From: Simiduia curdlanivorans | GTDB taxonomy: Bacteria > Pseudomonadota > Gammaproteobacteria > Pseudomonadales > Cellvibrionaceae | Assembly (NCBI RefSeq): GCF_030409605.1 | Contig: NZ_JAUFQG010000004.1 | Location: 540,430 to 604,429, forward strand | DNA: 64,000 nt | Direction: 5' to 3' | Part shown: piece after piece, positions 25,719-35,331 of the stretch | Numbering within the stretch: the first letter of the stretch is position 1 | Layout: every line of letters begins with the position of its first letter | The notes under the pieces: model-generated | What the model was told of the DNA's origin: nothing | The model's input: only the letters and a program-made list of their open reading frames with translations | Databases searched by the model: none | Position numbers and translations under genes: made by a program

Positions 25719-28700
25719 TTATTCTTTATGTTCATCGTTCTTTTTCAGAGACCGCTTATTACCCGCCGCCAAGGCGCGCAGCTGATGTGATACATCCTGC
25801 ATCTTGTCGTGGGTTTTCAAATCTATTTCTAGTTTTTTGTCCATGCTGCGCACCAGCGGGAAAATACTGTTTTCGATAGTATCGGCCAAGGCCGTTAACA
25901 TGCGATCGATACCAGGAACCGGCTGATTAATCACCTCCACTTTTGGCGCCAACTTTTCTAAGGATTTTGCGATACCCAGAATTGCTAATACTAGAGGTTC
26001 GCGCGCCGACTTCTCTGTTCTAGGCTTGGCCTGAGCCGTTACCATGGCTTCGCGCAAGGATTGAACGCTGGCCACCATATCAACCAATTGCGCTACAATT
26101 TTGCCGCCGGCATCGGCATCGTCGCCACCCATGGCTTTATTGCGCATGAAATCTTTCTTGATCGCCTGCCAGCGCTCCGCCTGCAGCTCCGTCATGTTGC
26201 CGCGCAATTCGGCCAATTTTAATAAGTTGGCCTCGGCACCGGTGGTGAGCAACTGGGCCTCACCTAAATAGTGATCGGCTATCATCTGCATCAGCTCGGC
26301 ATCGTTCATCACGGCAGAAATTTTCTCCGTCATTTTATTCATATTGCGGTAGCTACCCTGCAACTTGAACGGTGGCTCGGTGCGGTATTTGTCATCTTGC
26401 GCGGCGGAGATAATGTATTGCTGGTTAATTTTTAATACCACATCGCGCACCACCATCATTTTCTTCAAAACGCCGGTGATCTCACCAATTTCAGAACTGC
26501 TATAGGCATGGCTTAAATCTGTTGTGGCAATACTCTCGCCTTGCGCCATTTTCACCAGCTTATAAACATCGGCCATTTCCCGTGTTGCCAGCGGCGCTAA
26601 TACCGGGTTTGAGGTGAGCGAGTTTTCGATATAACTCAGCGCAAATTGCTCGTCCATACCGCCGAGAATATCGCCCAAGTTATAGATATCGGCTCGGTTA
26701 GCGAGCATATCCGGAATTTTAAATGCCTCACCCGACTCAGTGTAGGGGTTACCCGCCATCACTACGCAAAACTTCTTACCGCGCATATCGTAGGTTTTAG
26801 TCTGCTTGCGCCATACGCCTTCGATGCGCCGTGTGCCGTCGCACAAGGAAATAAATTTCTGCAAAAACTCTGGGTCTGTGTGTTGAATATCATCGAGATA
26901 CAACATCACGTTATTACCCATCTCTAAACCCAGGTTTAGTTTCACCAATTCCTGTCGCGCCGTGGCATTGGGCGCTTGCTCTGGGTCGAGTGACAGCACG
27001 TTATGGCCGAGCGACGGGCAGTTGATTTTCATAAAAATCAAACCCAGCCGATTTGCCACATACTCCATTAAGGTGGTTTTACCGTAACCCGGCGGCGAAA
27101 TCATCATCAGCAAACCCATGAGATCGGTTCGCTTAGTTTCACCAACGGTACCCATTTGCTTGGCGAGGTTGTCGCCAATTAAAGGCAGATAGGATTCATT
27201 AATGAGCCGGTTTCGAACAAAGGAGCTCAGCGGCCGCGCTTTAAATTCATGTAGCTTTAAGCCCTTGCGCTCGCGCTCAACGATAGCCTGACGCACCTTG
27301 TGGTACTGATGATAACCGGCCACCACCACGCGCCGATGGTGCGCCATGCGCAACAGAAAACTGTCTATCTCTAGACTCAAACGGCCTTGATCGAGTAGCG
27401 GGTGATCACCCAACAGTCCCTCAACGATCAATTGTAAGTCGGCCTCGGTATCGCGCCGACGTACATTTTTAGCCGCCAGCATGGCTGCAGCCTCGGGAAT
27501 AAAATGGCGCGCCTTATCACTTTTCTGATGTTCGGTCAGTGCATCGAGCCAGACGCTAATGACGCGAAGCTTCTCACCGGGGCGTTGGTCTAAATTTTCT
27601 AACACCGACTGAAATCTTGCCCACACCACGTCGTCCATGGCACTTCGCAAGCCTGCCTCTAATGCGCGCGCATACTTGCTGGATATAAACGCAAATTGAT
27701 CTCGGGCCAATTCAGCCACCAAATACTGAGCCGCGCGCTCGGTATTGTGGCCACTGCTATCAACGCCCTGCGCCTCAACCCAAAGCGACATGGCAGCGTG
27801 AACCTCCTGCTCTAAAAGCGCTATCGCTTTACCGCTGGCGAACAAGGTATTCAGTAGGGCCGCCGATTGTGCCCGTTGTTGCCACTGCTTTACCTTTGAC
27901 TGGCTTAAGCGGGTATCGTCAGCCACATCGACAAAGCTTGCCCAAAAAACCTGCGCCAAGGCGCGGCACTGCGGGTCGAAGCGCAAGAGATCTGCGGCAT
28001 CTAGCGCCGGTAAGAGCGCCTGCAGAATTTTGGTTGCATCGCTATCGTGTATGCCTTTTTCGTAACCCTCTTTGTAGCGCGGCGCGGCAAAAGCTTTGAC
28101 CAAGTTAGCCAGCTTCGCCTCATCTAACAAAGCCTCTTGCAGAATGCCTAAACTCAGCGCCTCGCTCCCCGCACGCGCCGCCTCGAGCAAACTGTAGGCG
28201 AGGTATTCACCTCGGTACACCTGCTCCGTCTCGGACTCAATATTCAACTGCCAGTAATCACTGAGTGCGTTCAGCTCGGCATCGTCTATTGGCTCGTAGT
28301 AATCCGTGCCCAAGAGATGAATATTGAGTTTATTATTTCGCGGAATAATGGTCAGGTCTAACTCCTGGGTATTGACCGAAAAACGGTGCCGCGGGCCCAA
28401 TTTTATAACACTGCCACCCGCTTCAAAGATGTCGCTTTTATCGCGCAGCGAACGCAGCGCCTGTTCTTTTACCGCCTTAAAGCGCGCATCCACATCATCG
28501 GCTTTGACGGCGCTATTGAGCTGGCGCAAGCGCTCGGAAAATTCCCGCACTTTTTGCACCAAGGCATCGGAGGCAAAGTAGGTGTTTAGCTCGTCTTTAT
28601 CGGTGAACTTTAGGGTTCGCTTTTCGATGCTCGATAACACTCGACTGGCCGCGTCTACAACCGACTGTGCCTTTTGCTGCTGCTCATCCAATAACTTCTG

Positions 28701-30995
28701 CTTATGGCCCTCAAAGGCCTCATAAACCTCTTCCCGCTTGCCAATAATCTCAGTCAAAAATTGATCGTACTCGCTAAACTGGCTTTCGAATTCTTCTAAC
28801 TGCACCAGTAGTCGCGATAACTGCTCATCGCACTTTTCCGGTGTATCGGCCAAACTCAGGGCGTTGTTAATACTTTGGCTAAACAGTTTAAATTGGGCAC
28901 CAAACTGCGCCGTTGCCTCGGTCGAGCCTAGGCTTTTATATTTGTTGCGCGCGATAGCGCGGCTTTGATTGAGCAAGCCGTAAACTTCAGAAATCGCATC
29001 GACGATACGGGTCGTCACGGTGGCGTCATCACCTTGCAAGGTACTCATGAGTTCGGTTAACAAATCGAGCTCAGCCGCTGCTTGATCAATATTGTCAATG
29101 CAGGGTGTGACCTCCGCCCTCACCTCGGCTTGATCAACCGCGGCCTGAACCCCTTGAATTTTTTCGTGATAGGGTTGCAGGGCTTTTTCATCGGCGAGAA
29201 AGCCTAAGGTACGCTCACTCAAATTCGCTTCTGCTGACTCTAGCTCCTTGGTCAACGTTTCAATAATCTTGAGGTCGATATAACGATAACTGGAGATACT
29301 AACTAAATGCCCGCGCTGGCGGCGCAACTTAGTCAGCATCGAAACAAATTGATCAGCACTCTGCCATTCGTCTGGCCGCACCGCGCGCAACAGTTCCACC
29401 TGGGTTTGTTTTGCGTCGGTTAACGCTTTGCTCGATTGCAGCTGAATAGATTGAACCTTTTCAAACTCATCAATCACTAGCTCGGCGGTCGCGGAAACAT
29501 CTTTCAACACCTGCGCCAAGTCACCCAGCGCTTCGTCGGACACCCAATAGTGTTCGTCGAATATTTTTTTCGCCGCTAGATTTAGCTCTTCATAAATTTT
29601 TGCGGACACCTCGGGATTCTCGATCAACCGAGTAAGACTTAATAGATTTGAAACACCGCGCACCAGCTCTGAGTTACCTATTTTACCGAAAGCGGTTTTG
29701 CTAGGCGGTAGTTTACTGGCGAATTCAGCGCTAAAGAAGGGCGTGGTCCAAATTTGCATGGGATGCACCCGCGTCGGTTCATCGCCGGCGCTGAATATCA
29801 CCAAGGTGCCATCATCGGCCAAGGCGTAACCGTGGCAAGTTATCGGATTTTTTAGGCTCTTCTCGATCATATTGTAGGAGAGCAATACCAAAACACCGTT
29901 GACCGGCTCATAAAAAACATAGAGCACATCTTCGCCGTTGGGCGAGCGCACGACGCGTTTAATTTTTAGGCCAATGGTGCGCTCTTCGAAAGTTTTATGC
30001 TCGCCAGTTTGTAAGTAGTAACCACCGGGGAAAATAATCCCGTGATCCTCTGGCAGCTGCACGCAAGACATGCCAATGGCGTCTATACGAAGCACTTTTT
30101 GCGTCAGGGTGTTATAAACAAAGTGGCGCCAAAGCTCTTCGCGGTAAGGCTTAACTTTCAACAATATCAAGGCACCTACACGGGCATAGGAAATATCGGC
30201 ATCGTCTAAGGATTGGGTTTTATCTTCAACTGGCTCGCGGTAGATACCTAAGCCATCTTCGGTATTATTTTCCACCTTGATGGTAAGATCGCCGCCCACG
30301 GTTTCCACAAACACGGTGTCTTCAATATTGACATGTGGGTGTTTGCCGTGCACGCTGTGTTCGCGCGTAGTTTCTATCCAGGTAAAATCAAAAGCCGGCG
30401 GCAGAGAGATATCGCGCTCACCACGGTTATCAATATATTTTACGGTTTTACCATCGGCCGATATGGACCAGCGAAATACGCGCAGGTCATCTAATCGCTC
30501 GCCAATCTGAAAACCCGCCAGTAATTTTCCGTCTTTAACACTTAGCTCGATTAACTTAGTGTGCTTGTAGTAGCGATATAGCTCGCTGAAATCGTTGACG
30601 AAGCCTCTATCGGCTAAAAAAGTTCCCTCGGCGGAAACCTGCTCGAGATCTGTATCGGAATCATTGGAACCCAATTTGAATAGAGAAAAAACGTCTTCGA
30701 CTGCGGTCTCTTTCTTTAAGCCAATGAAAACGTTGTAGCCGAATAAAAGATAATCCCCAACTTGGACGATATCTCTTGGCACACAGTTATTGACCGTTCG
30801 AATGCGAGTGCGGGCGCTGACGGCCATGTCAGAGCTGCCGAACTCCTGCAAGCGGCGCTCATTGATAGTGTTAGCAATCTGCTTTAGCGATTGCCCTTGT
30901 GCAACCAGACGCTTGCGGATGATCTCGTAGGCACCGCCCTGCGCAACCGCATCGTCAACTACACCGTCTTGCGCCGGCTTCGCAGCTTCGCTCAT
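25719..30995 (-). CDS. 1758-aa multidomain protein with C-terminal AAA_5 (MoxR/McrB/dynein-type) ATPase module; N-terminal ~1150 aa uncharacterised
   Basis: Uninterrupted 5.3-kb ORF. Motifs: Walker A ISPPGYGKTTL, Walker B VMLYLDDIQH, sensor-1 CVVMAGNPY, Arg finger/sensor-2 MLANRADIYN. The central region is predicted coiled coil (QLQSSKALTDAKQTQVELL...). Often auto-annotated 'DNA repair ATPase' without support. Confidence 0.85.
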   Translation of the reverse strand: MSEAAKPAQDGVVDDAVAQGGAYEIIRKRLVAQGQSLKQIANTINERRLQEFGSSDMAVSARTRIRTVNNCVPRDIVQVGDYLLFGYNVFIGLKKETAVEDVFSLFKLGSNDSDTDLEQVSAEGTFLADRGFVNDFSELYRYYKHTKLIELSVKDGKLLAGFQIGERLDDLRVFRWSISADGKTVKYIDNRGERDISLPPAFDFTWIETTREHSVHGKHPHVNIEDTVFVETVGGDLTIKVENNTEDGLGIYREPVEDKTQSLDDADISYARVGALILLKVKPYREELWRHFVYNTLTQKVLRIDAIGMSCVQLPEDHGIIFPGGYYLQTGEHKTFEERTIGLKIKRVVRSPNGEDVLYVFYEPVNGVLVLLSYNMIEKSLKNPITCHGYALADDGTLVIFSAGDEPTRVHPMQIWTTPFFSAEFASKLPPSKTAFGKIGNSELVRGVSNLLSLTRLIENPEVSAKIYEELNLAAKKIFDEHYWVSDEALGDLAQVLKDVSATAELVIDEFEKVQSIQLQSSKALTDAKQTQVELLRAVRPDEWQSADQFVSMLTKLRRQRGHLVSISSYRYIDLKIIETLTKELESAEANLSERTLGFLADEKALQPYHEKIQGVQAAVDQAEVRAEVTPCIDNIDQAAAELDLLTELMSTLQGDDATVTTRIVDAISEVYGLLNQSRAIARNKYKSLGSTEATAQFGAQFKLFSQSINNALSLADTPEKCDEQLSRLLVQLEEFESQFSEYDQFLTEIIGKREEVYEAFEGHKQKLLDEQQQKAQSVVDAASRVLSSIEKRTLKFTDKDELNTYFASDALVQKVREFSERLRQLNSAVKADDVDARFKAVKEQALRSLRDKSDIFEAGGSVIKLGPRHRFSVNTQELDLTIIPRNNKLNIHLLGTDYYEPIDDAELNALSDYWQLNIESETEQVYRGEYLAYSLLEAARAGSEALSLGILQEALLDEAKLANLVKAFAAPRYKEGYEKGIHDSDATKILQALLPALDAADLLRFDPQCRALAQVFWASFVDVADDTRLSQSKVKQWQQRAQSAALLNTLFASGKAIALLEQEVHAAMSLWVEAQGVDSSGHNTERAAQYLVAELARDQFAFISSKYARALEAGLRSAMDDVVWARFQSVLENLDQRPGEKLRVISVWLDALTEHQKSDKARHFIPEAAAMLAAKNVRRRDTEADLQLIVEGLLGDHPLLDQGRLSLEIDSFLLRMAHHRRVVVAGYHQYHKVRQAIVERERKGLKLHEFKARPLSSFVRNRLINESYLPLIGDNLAKQMGTVGETKRTDLMGLLMMISPPGYGKTTLMEYVANRLGLIFMKINCPSLGHNVLSLDPEQAPNATARQELVKLNLGLEMGNNVMLYLDDIQHTDPEFLQKFISLCDGTRRIEGVWRKQTKTYDMRGKKFCVVMAGNPYTESGEAFKIPDMLANRADIYNLGDILGGMDEQFALSYIENSLTSNPVLAPLATREMADVYKLVKMAQGESIATTDLSHAYSSSEIGEITGVLKKMMVVRDVVLKINQQYIISAAQDDKYRTEPPFKLQGSYRNMNKMTEKISAVMNDAELMQMIADHYLGEAQLLTTGAEANLLKLAELRGNMTELQAERWQAIKKDFMRNKAMGGDDADAGGKIVAQLVDMVASVQSLREAMVTAQAKPRTEKSAREPLVLAILGIAKSLEKLAPKVEVINQPVPGIDRMLTALADTIENSIFPLVRSMDKKLEIDLKTHDKMQDVSHQLRALAAGNKRSLKKNDEHKE

Positions 30996-31052
30996 GGTTT
31001 ATTCCTTTTCCACTAAAGAGAGGCAAACGAGGGGAGCTAGGCTCTCCACTTT

Positions 31053-32948
31053 TTACGCGCTTGGCGTGTCTTTGTTGACGTCCGCAACCGGCGTATCTAC
31101 CAAGCGATGCAATATCGCCTGTAGGGTTCCGCTCTTTTCAGCCAAGCCATCAATGGCCTTGCCGATGGACAGAGACTTAGCAAAGTTATTGAAGAAATGA
31201 TCTTCACCGCCGACGATATCGATCTTGGCTTTCTGCAGCGCAGTCGCCAAGACTTCGGCATTTTCTTTAGCGATTTCCTTACCTGCATCGATAGACGCCA
31301 AGGCCTCTTTCAATGCGGTTTCCAGCCCCATGCGGAACTCTTCGTGGGCACGCGCCTGTGCGCTCATGCTATTCATGGCGCCGAACTTCTCAACCAGGCC
31401 ATCGGCCTCGGCTTTAAATTGCTCGCGCGTCACTTCGGCATTGGCCATACCGATTTGGCGTGCAGCGCGCGCCTCAGAATCGCCTTTGGCGCCGATAACT
31501 TCGGCTTGCGCTTTACCCGTACCCAAGAGCGCATCGGCTTCCGCATCGCCTTTGGCGCGAATAACATTGGCTTCAGCAAGCCCTGGCGCTGCGCGCTCGG
31601 CCTGCACGCCTTCCGCCATTTTCTTCTTCGCCTCAGCTTCTTTAGTAGTCGCTTCCAATTGCGCTTGCGCTAACAAGGTAATCTCTACCGACTTATGCTT
31701 GGCGGCCTGCTCTTCAGCTTCAGCGGCTTTCACCTGCTTCACTTTGTCTTCTTCAGCCAGCGCTTCCGCTGCCAACACTTTAGTTTGCTTGGCGCGATCG
31801 GCCTCGGACACTTCGCGCACTTCTTTAATGCGCTCTTCTTCGATGGCCACAGTCTTATCGACAGCGACGCGCTCGCGAATCACATTGGCAATTTCTTTCT
31901 TCTCAACTTCTACCGCTTTTTCAGCTTCTATGCGTTGAATTTCAACTTCGCGCTCGCGGGCAACAATTTCCAGATCTCGCGCTCGGGTTACTTTTTCTTC
32001 TTCGATAGCCACAGCGCGTAAACGATTCTGCGTGGCCACCTCGATTTCGCGCTGTTGATTCTCGGTTTTAACCGCAAGATCTTGATCGACCTGAATGGTA
32101 GTAGACTGAGCCCTGAGGCGCTCTTCTTCCTGCACCTTTTTTGTTTCCGCCTCTTCGCGCGCCCGAATGGTGGCGATTTCGCGCTCTTGCTTGGCTTCGG
32201 CATCAGACTGCTGACGCTCAAGCGCGAGCATGGCCTCAACGGTTTCCACGTTCTTCTTTTTGATTGCCAATTCTTCATCGCGCTCTAGCACATTGGTGCG
32301 CACATTCTGCACCGCGGTGAGCTCGGTAATTTTCTTGATGCCCTCGGCATCCATGATGTTGCTAGGGTCGAGGGATGATTTCGGCGTTTGCTCTAGGTAG
32401 TCGATGGCCACATCTTCGAGCACATAGCCATTTAAATCCTCGCCAATGACCGCGACAATTTTTTCGCGGAACTGCATTCTGTTTTCAAACAGATTAACGA
32501 ACTCAATTTGCTTACCCACGGTTTTCAAAGCTTCGGAAAACTTGGCATTAAACAGTAAGTTAACCGCTTCGCGATCTGAAGCACGACTAGCGCCGATGGA
32601 CTTGGCCACCTTCAACACATCTTCCGCGGTTTCGTTAACCCGAAGATAGAAGGCAACGGTAATATCGGCGCGCATATTGTCGGCACAAATTAAGCCGTCT
32701 TTGCCACGCCTATCCACTTCCAAGGTAATCAATGAAATTTTCATCAATTCCTTTTTGTGAATAATCGGGTAGACCAGTGCACCGGTAAAATGCACTTTCG
32801 GCTTCGGACTCATATCGTTGACGATAAGTGCCACACCTTGCTCCACCTTTACATAAAAGGCTTTAAAGAGCGCCGCTAGCCCCATGAGAATTACAAAGAC
32901 TATCCCTACACCCGAAAGAATCGGCATGAGCACTGAAAGATCAGCCAT
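31053..32948 (-). CDS. flotillin/SPFH (band 7) family protein, YqiK-like, with long EA-rich coiled-coil
   Basis: 631 aa: N-terminal TM helix, SPFH domain (QGVALIVNDMSP... DNMRADITVAFYLRV), ~250 aa of E/A/K/R heptad-like repeats, and a C-terminal flotillin tail. Confidence 0.85.
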   Translation of the reverse strand: MADLSVLMPILSGVGIVFVILMGLAALFKAFYVKVEQGVALIVNDMSPKPKVHFTGALVYPIIHKKELMKISLITLEVDRRGKDGLICADNMRADITVAFYLRVNETAEDVLKVAKSIGASRASDREAVNLLFNAKFSEALKTVGKQIEFVNLFENRMQFREKIVAVIGEDLNGYVLEDVAIDYLEQTPKSSLDPSNIMDAEGIKKITELTAVQNVRTNVLERDEELAIKKKNVETVEAMLALERQQSDAEAKQEREIATIRAREEAETKKVQEEERLRAQSTTIQVDQDLAVKTENQQREIEVATQNRLRAVAIEEEKVTRARDLEIVAREREVEIQRIEAEKAVEVEKKEIANVIRERVAVDKTVAIEEERIKEVREVSEADRAKQTKVLAAEALAEEDKVKQVKAAEAEEQAAKHKSVEITLLAQAQLEATTKEAEAKKKMAEGVQAERAAPGLAEANVIRAKGDAEADALLGTGKAQAEVIGAKGDSEARAARQIGMANAEVTREQFKAEADGLVEKFGAMNSMSAQARAHEEFRMGLETALKEALASIDAGKEIAKENAEVLATALQKAKIDIVGGEDHFFNNFAKSLSIGKAIDGLAEKSGTLQAILHRLVDTPVADVNKDTPSA

Positions 32949-32990
32949 AATGGTTACTCCATTTCCAAATAACGTAAGTTTTAAATGAAA

Positions 32991-33683
32991 TCAATTACCG
33001 GAAAATTCAGCTTCCGAAATGACTTTATAAATATTTGTCGCAACCTCGTGCTCTAATAATACCACGCGATCACCCTTCACAAATTCAACACCCGGCTCGC
33101 TGCGCACCTTAAGCAGCAAACCCGCGCCACCGTCCGACAAAATCGCCTCGCCCATTTGGCTATTAACCACTGAGCTACGCACAACCGCCGTTTGCCCGAT
33201 AATAAATTGCACCGTTTGCTGGCGTGCATTTTTAAATAAGGGGCGGAGCGGCTTTATCACCTGACTGGTGATCATCACCGCAGCATACAGGGAAGCGAAA
33301 AGCACCGGCAAACCGAGCAAATAGCGCAAAAAACCATCTGGCACCCAACCAAACAGGAAGTGCACAAGGTAATAGCAGACCAGCCAGCCGAATAGTGCGA
33401 TCAGCGACACGATAATGGTGACAGGTACACCCTGAAGACCGAACTTCAACATCAAGGCGGCCAGTACATCGGGGGTTGAGTGACTGCTATCGGCATTGAT
33501 ATCTAGGTCGCCGTCCATATCCGGCACATCGAAATCGAGCATATCAATATCGACGAAACCCAAGACCGCAACCAGCCAATACAGCAGGCATAAAATTAGA
33601 AAGAAGCTAAAAATAGCGGTCGGGAAAGACGCTAAATTTTGATAAAAGGGGTCCATTTTATCGGAAAGTAGTATTGCGAACAT
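32991..33683 (-). CDS. YqiJ-like inner-membrane protein with NfeD-type OB-fold C-terminus
   Basis: 230 aa with 3-4 TM helices, an acidic loop (DIDMLDFDVPDMDGDLD) and a C-terminal beta-rich segment (GQTAVVRSSVV...LLLKVRSEPGVEFVKGDRVVLLE), as in NfeD partners of flotillins. Confidence 0.65.
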   Translation of the reverse strand: MFAILLSDKMDPFYQNLASFPTAIFSFFLILCLLYWLVAVLGFVDIDMLDFDVPDMDGDLDINADSSHSTPDVLAALMLKFGLQGVPVTIIVSLIALFGWLVCYYLVHFLFGWVPDGFLRYLLGLPVLFASLYAAVMITSQVIKPLRPLFKNARQQTVQFIIGQTAVVRSSVVNSQMGEAILSDGGAGLLLKVRSEPGVEFVKGDRVVLLEHEVATNIYKVISEAEFSGN

Positions 33684-33756
33684 GCCCCAACTCCCTGGTC
33701 AATTTTTGCACGCCGTAGCGCAGCCTTGAAAGCGCCCTCAAGCGGGGCGCACTAGG

Positions 33757-34458
33757 CTATGCCTTCTTATTTTTTAGCCGCTCGAGCACATCGGCTGCAC
33801 TGGCGCCACTGGAGGCAATACCTGCCGCCTCTAATTTGGCCTGCAATGATACATCAGAATCTTCCTGTGCCAACTCCGAAGCGGCGGCCATTTGTGCCGA
33901 CTTCAGCTCTTGGCGCTCTTTAATGCGCTCGAGCGAGTCCATGGCGGTGCGCATTTTGGAGTTTGAGCCGCTGTGGCGCTCGGCCACTGCCGCCTGCGCA
34001 CGCTGGACATTATCCGTGGCTTTTACCGTATCCACCTGTTGCTTCAAGCGCTTAAGGTTTTGCTCAGTCTGCTTAATCGCCGCGCGTAGCTTGTCGGCAT
34101 TGGCGGCATAGGCCTGCACTGACTCTTGCTCCTGCTTTAGCTGGTTTTCAAAATCGGCAATTTTACCAGCCACTTCCAGCGCTAAAGCCTCATCCGACTT
34201 GTCTAGCGCCTTAACCGCATAAGCTTCGTGCTCTTCAACCTTTTTCTGCAAGCCGGCCACTTTCTGCTCGGCCAACTTTTGACGGGCAATAATCTCTGCC
34301 AAACTATCCTTTGAAAGCTTCAAGCCCTCAGAGGCATCGCGCACCTCCTGATCGAGAATTCGCAACGCTTGACTGTCGACAATCGCCTCGCCCGCTTCAT
34401 TTACGCCACCGCGCAACGCGGTCATCATCTTCGCCCAAATATTCATATTTTTCTCCAA
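33757..34458 (-). CDS. PspA/IM30-family protein (YjfJ-like; bacterial ESCRT-III superfamily)
   Basis: 233 aa, all-helical coiled coil. The N-terminus MNIWAKMMTALRGGVNEAGEAIVDSQALRILDQEVRDA is collinear with E. coli YjfJ/PspA family starts. The start may be Met5. Confidence 0.85.
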   Translation of the reverse strand: MEKNMNIWAKMMTALRGGVNEAGEAIVDSQALRILDQEVRDASEGLKLSKDSLAEIIARQKLAEQKVAGLQKKVEEHEAYAVKALDKSDEALALEVAGKIADFENQLKQEQESVQAYAANADKLRAAIKQTEQNLKRLKQQVDTVKATDNVQRAQAAVAERHSGSNSKMRTAMDSLERIKERQELKSAQMAAASELAQEDSDVSLQAKLEAAGIASSGASAADVLERLKNKKA

Positions 34459-34468
34459 TTCGCTAAAA

Positions 34469-35092
34469 TTAATTAAGCAAATGCTCAGCGTAAGCTTCTG
34501 TTGCCTGAATCACATTGCTCGCCAACACTTCAATTTCAAAGATAATATTCTGCAGCGCCGAGGCCGAACTGAGCGCACCAAACATGTGGTAGTAATCGCC
34601 CTCGGCGCCCAAATTATCTAAACTTATGGTCGATAGCGGAAAGTACTTGTGGGTGCGCAAAACCATTTCATTAAACGCCGCCGTATCTTTAACTTCGCTC
34701 ACCGACCACAACAGGGATTCGACGATGATCTGCTCGCCCACAACCGTTAAGAAAACCGGCAAATCGCCATACTCTTTCATAACAATATGCAACGCCGGTT
34801 CGACGCCGTCGATCAACTCGACACTGGCTCGACGCTGCTCGCTGAATAAATCACTCTCTTGCAAAGCTGCGTAGAGGGTGGCCGTTGTCCAAGCGTGTAA
34901 TTCCTGCATAAACACTTCTCCTTTCGTCATTTCTACTTCGCCCGGCAGCCGCAGCAACTTTTCATATTGCAAAAGTAACTTGCTGTGCTTGGGGAGAATC
35001 CAAACTTCCTTTTTAACCAGCCCCTGCTCGCGCAGCCGCTGGCGATACTCTCGTTGATAATGTGCAGATGATTTAGGCTTCATAAGGGTCAC
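34469..35092 (-). CDS. DUF2170 (YjfI-like) protein
   Basis: 207 aa encoded 10 bp upstream of the PspA-like gene. The listed start is GTG; an ATG at aa 4 (~35083) is the more likely start. Confidence 0.65.
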   Translation of the reverse strand: MTLMKPKSSAHYQREYRQRLREQGLVKKEVWILPKHSKLLLQYEKLLRLPGEVEMTKGEVFMQELHAWTTATLYAALQESDLFSEQRRASVELIDGVEPALHIVMKEYGDLPVFLTVVGEQIIVESLLWSVSEVKDTAAFNEMVLRTHKYFPLSTISLDNLGAEGDYYHMFGALSSASALQNIIFEIEVLASNVIQATEAYAEHLLN

Positions 35093-35099
35093 AATAATT

Positions 35100-35158
35100 A
35101 ATTACATGTAAGAAGGCAAGAAAATTACATGTAATATTTAGACAAATTACATGTAAGC
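35100..35158. promoter_or_regulatory. three copies of the perfect palindrome ATTACATGTAAT in the promoter/leader of the YjfI-PspA-flotillin-ATPase operon
   Basis: aattaATTACATGTAAgaaggcaagaaaATTACATGTAATatttagacaaATTACATGTAAgcgc lies 8-70 bp upstream of the operon start. Centre-to-centre spacings are 24 and 22 bp. Confidence 0.5.
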
Positions 35159-35331
35159 GCTAGCTGATACCGGGGAAACCTCGCACAGAAGTATGCAAGC
35201 TATTGAAAATAAAGAGATTTATTTGAGACCCTTATTGATTATGGCAAGGCTCTGCAAGACACTAATACCCGCTTTACGCTTCGCCAATAAGGAAATTTCG
35301 CCCTCCCTAGGGTTGTGGAAGGCTCGGTTAG

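Noticed and set aside
31197-32021. ORFs 31197..31673, 31225..31938 and 31695..32021 on the plus strand inside the flotillin gene
   Set aside because: They are antisense to the long E/A/K coiled-coil coding region. Their translations are low-complexity Ala/Ser/Phe-rich strings generated by the complementary strand of GAA/GCN repeats. They have no start context and are fully embedded in a strongly supported gene.
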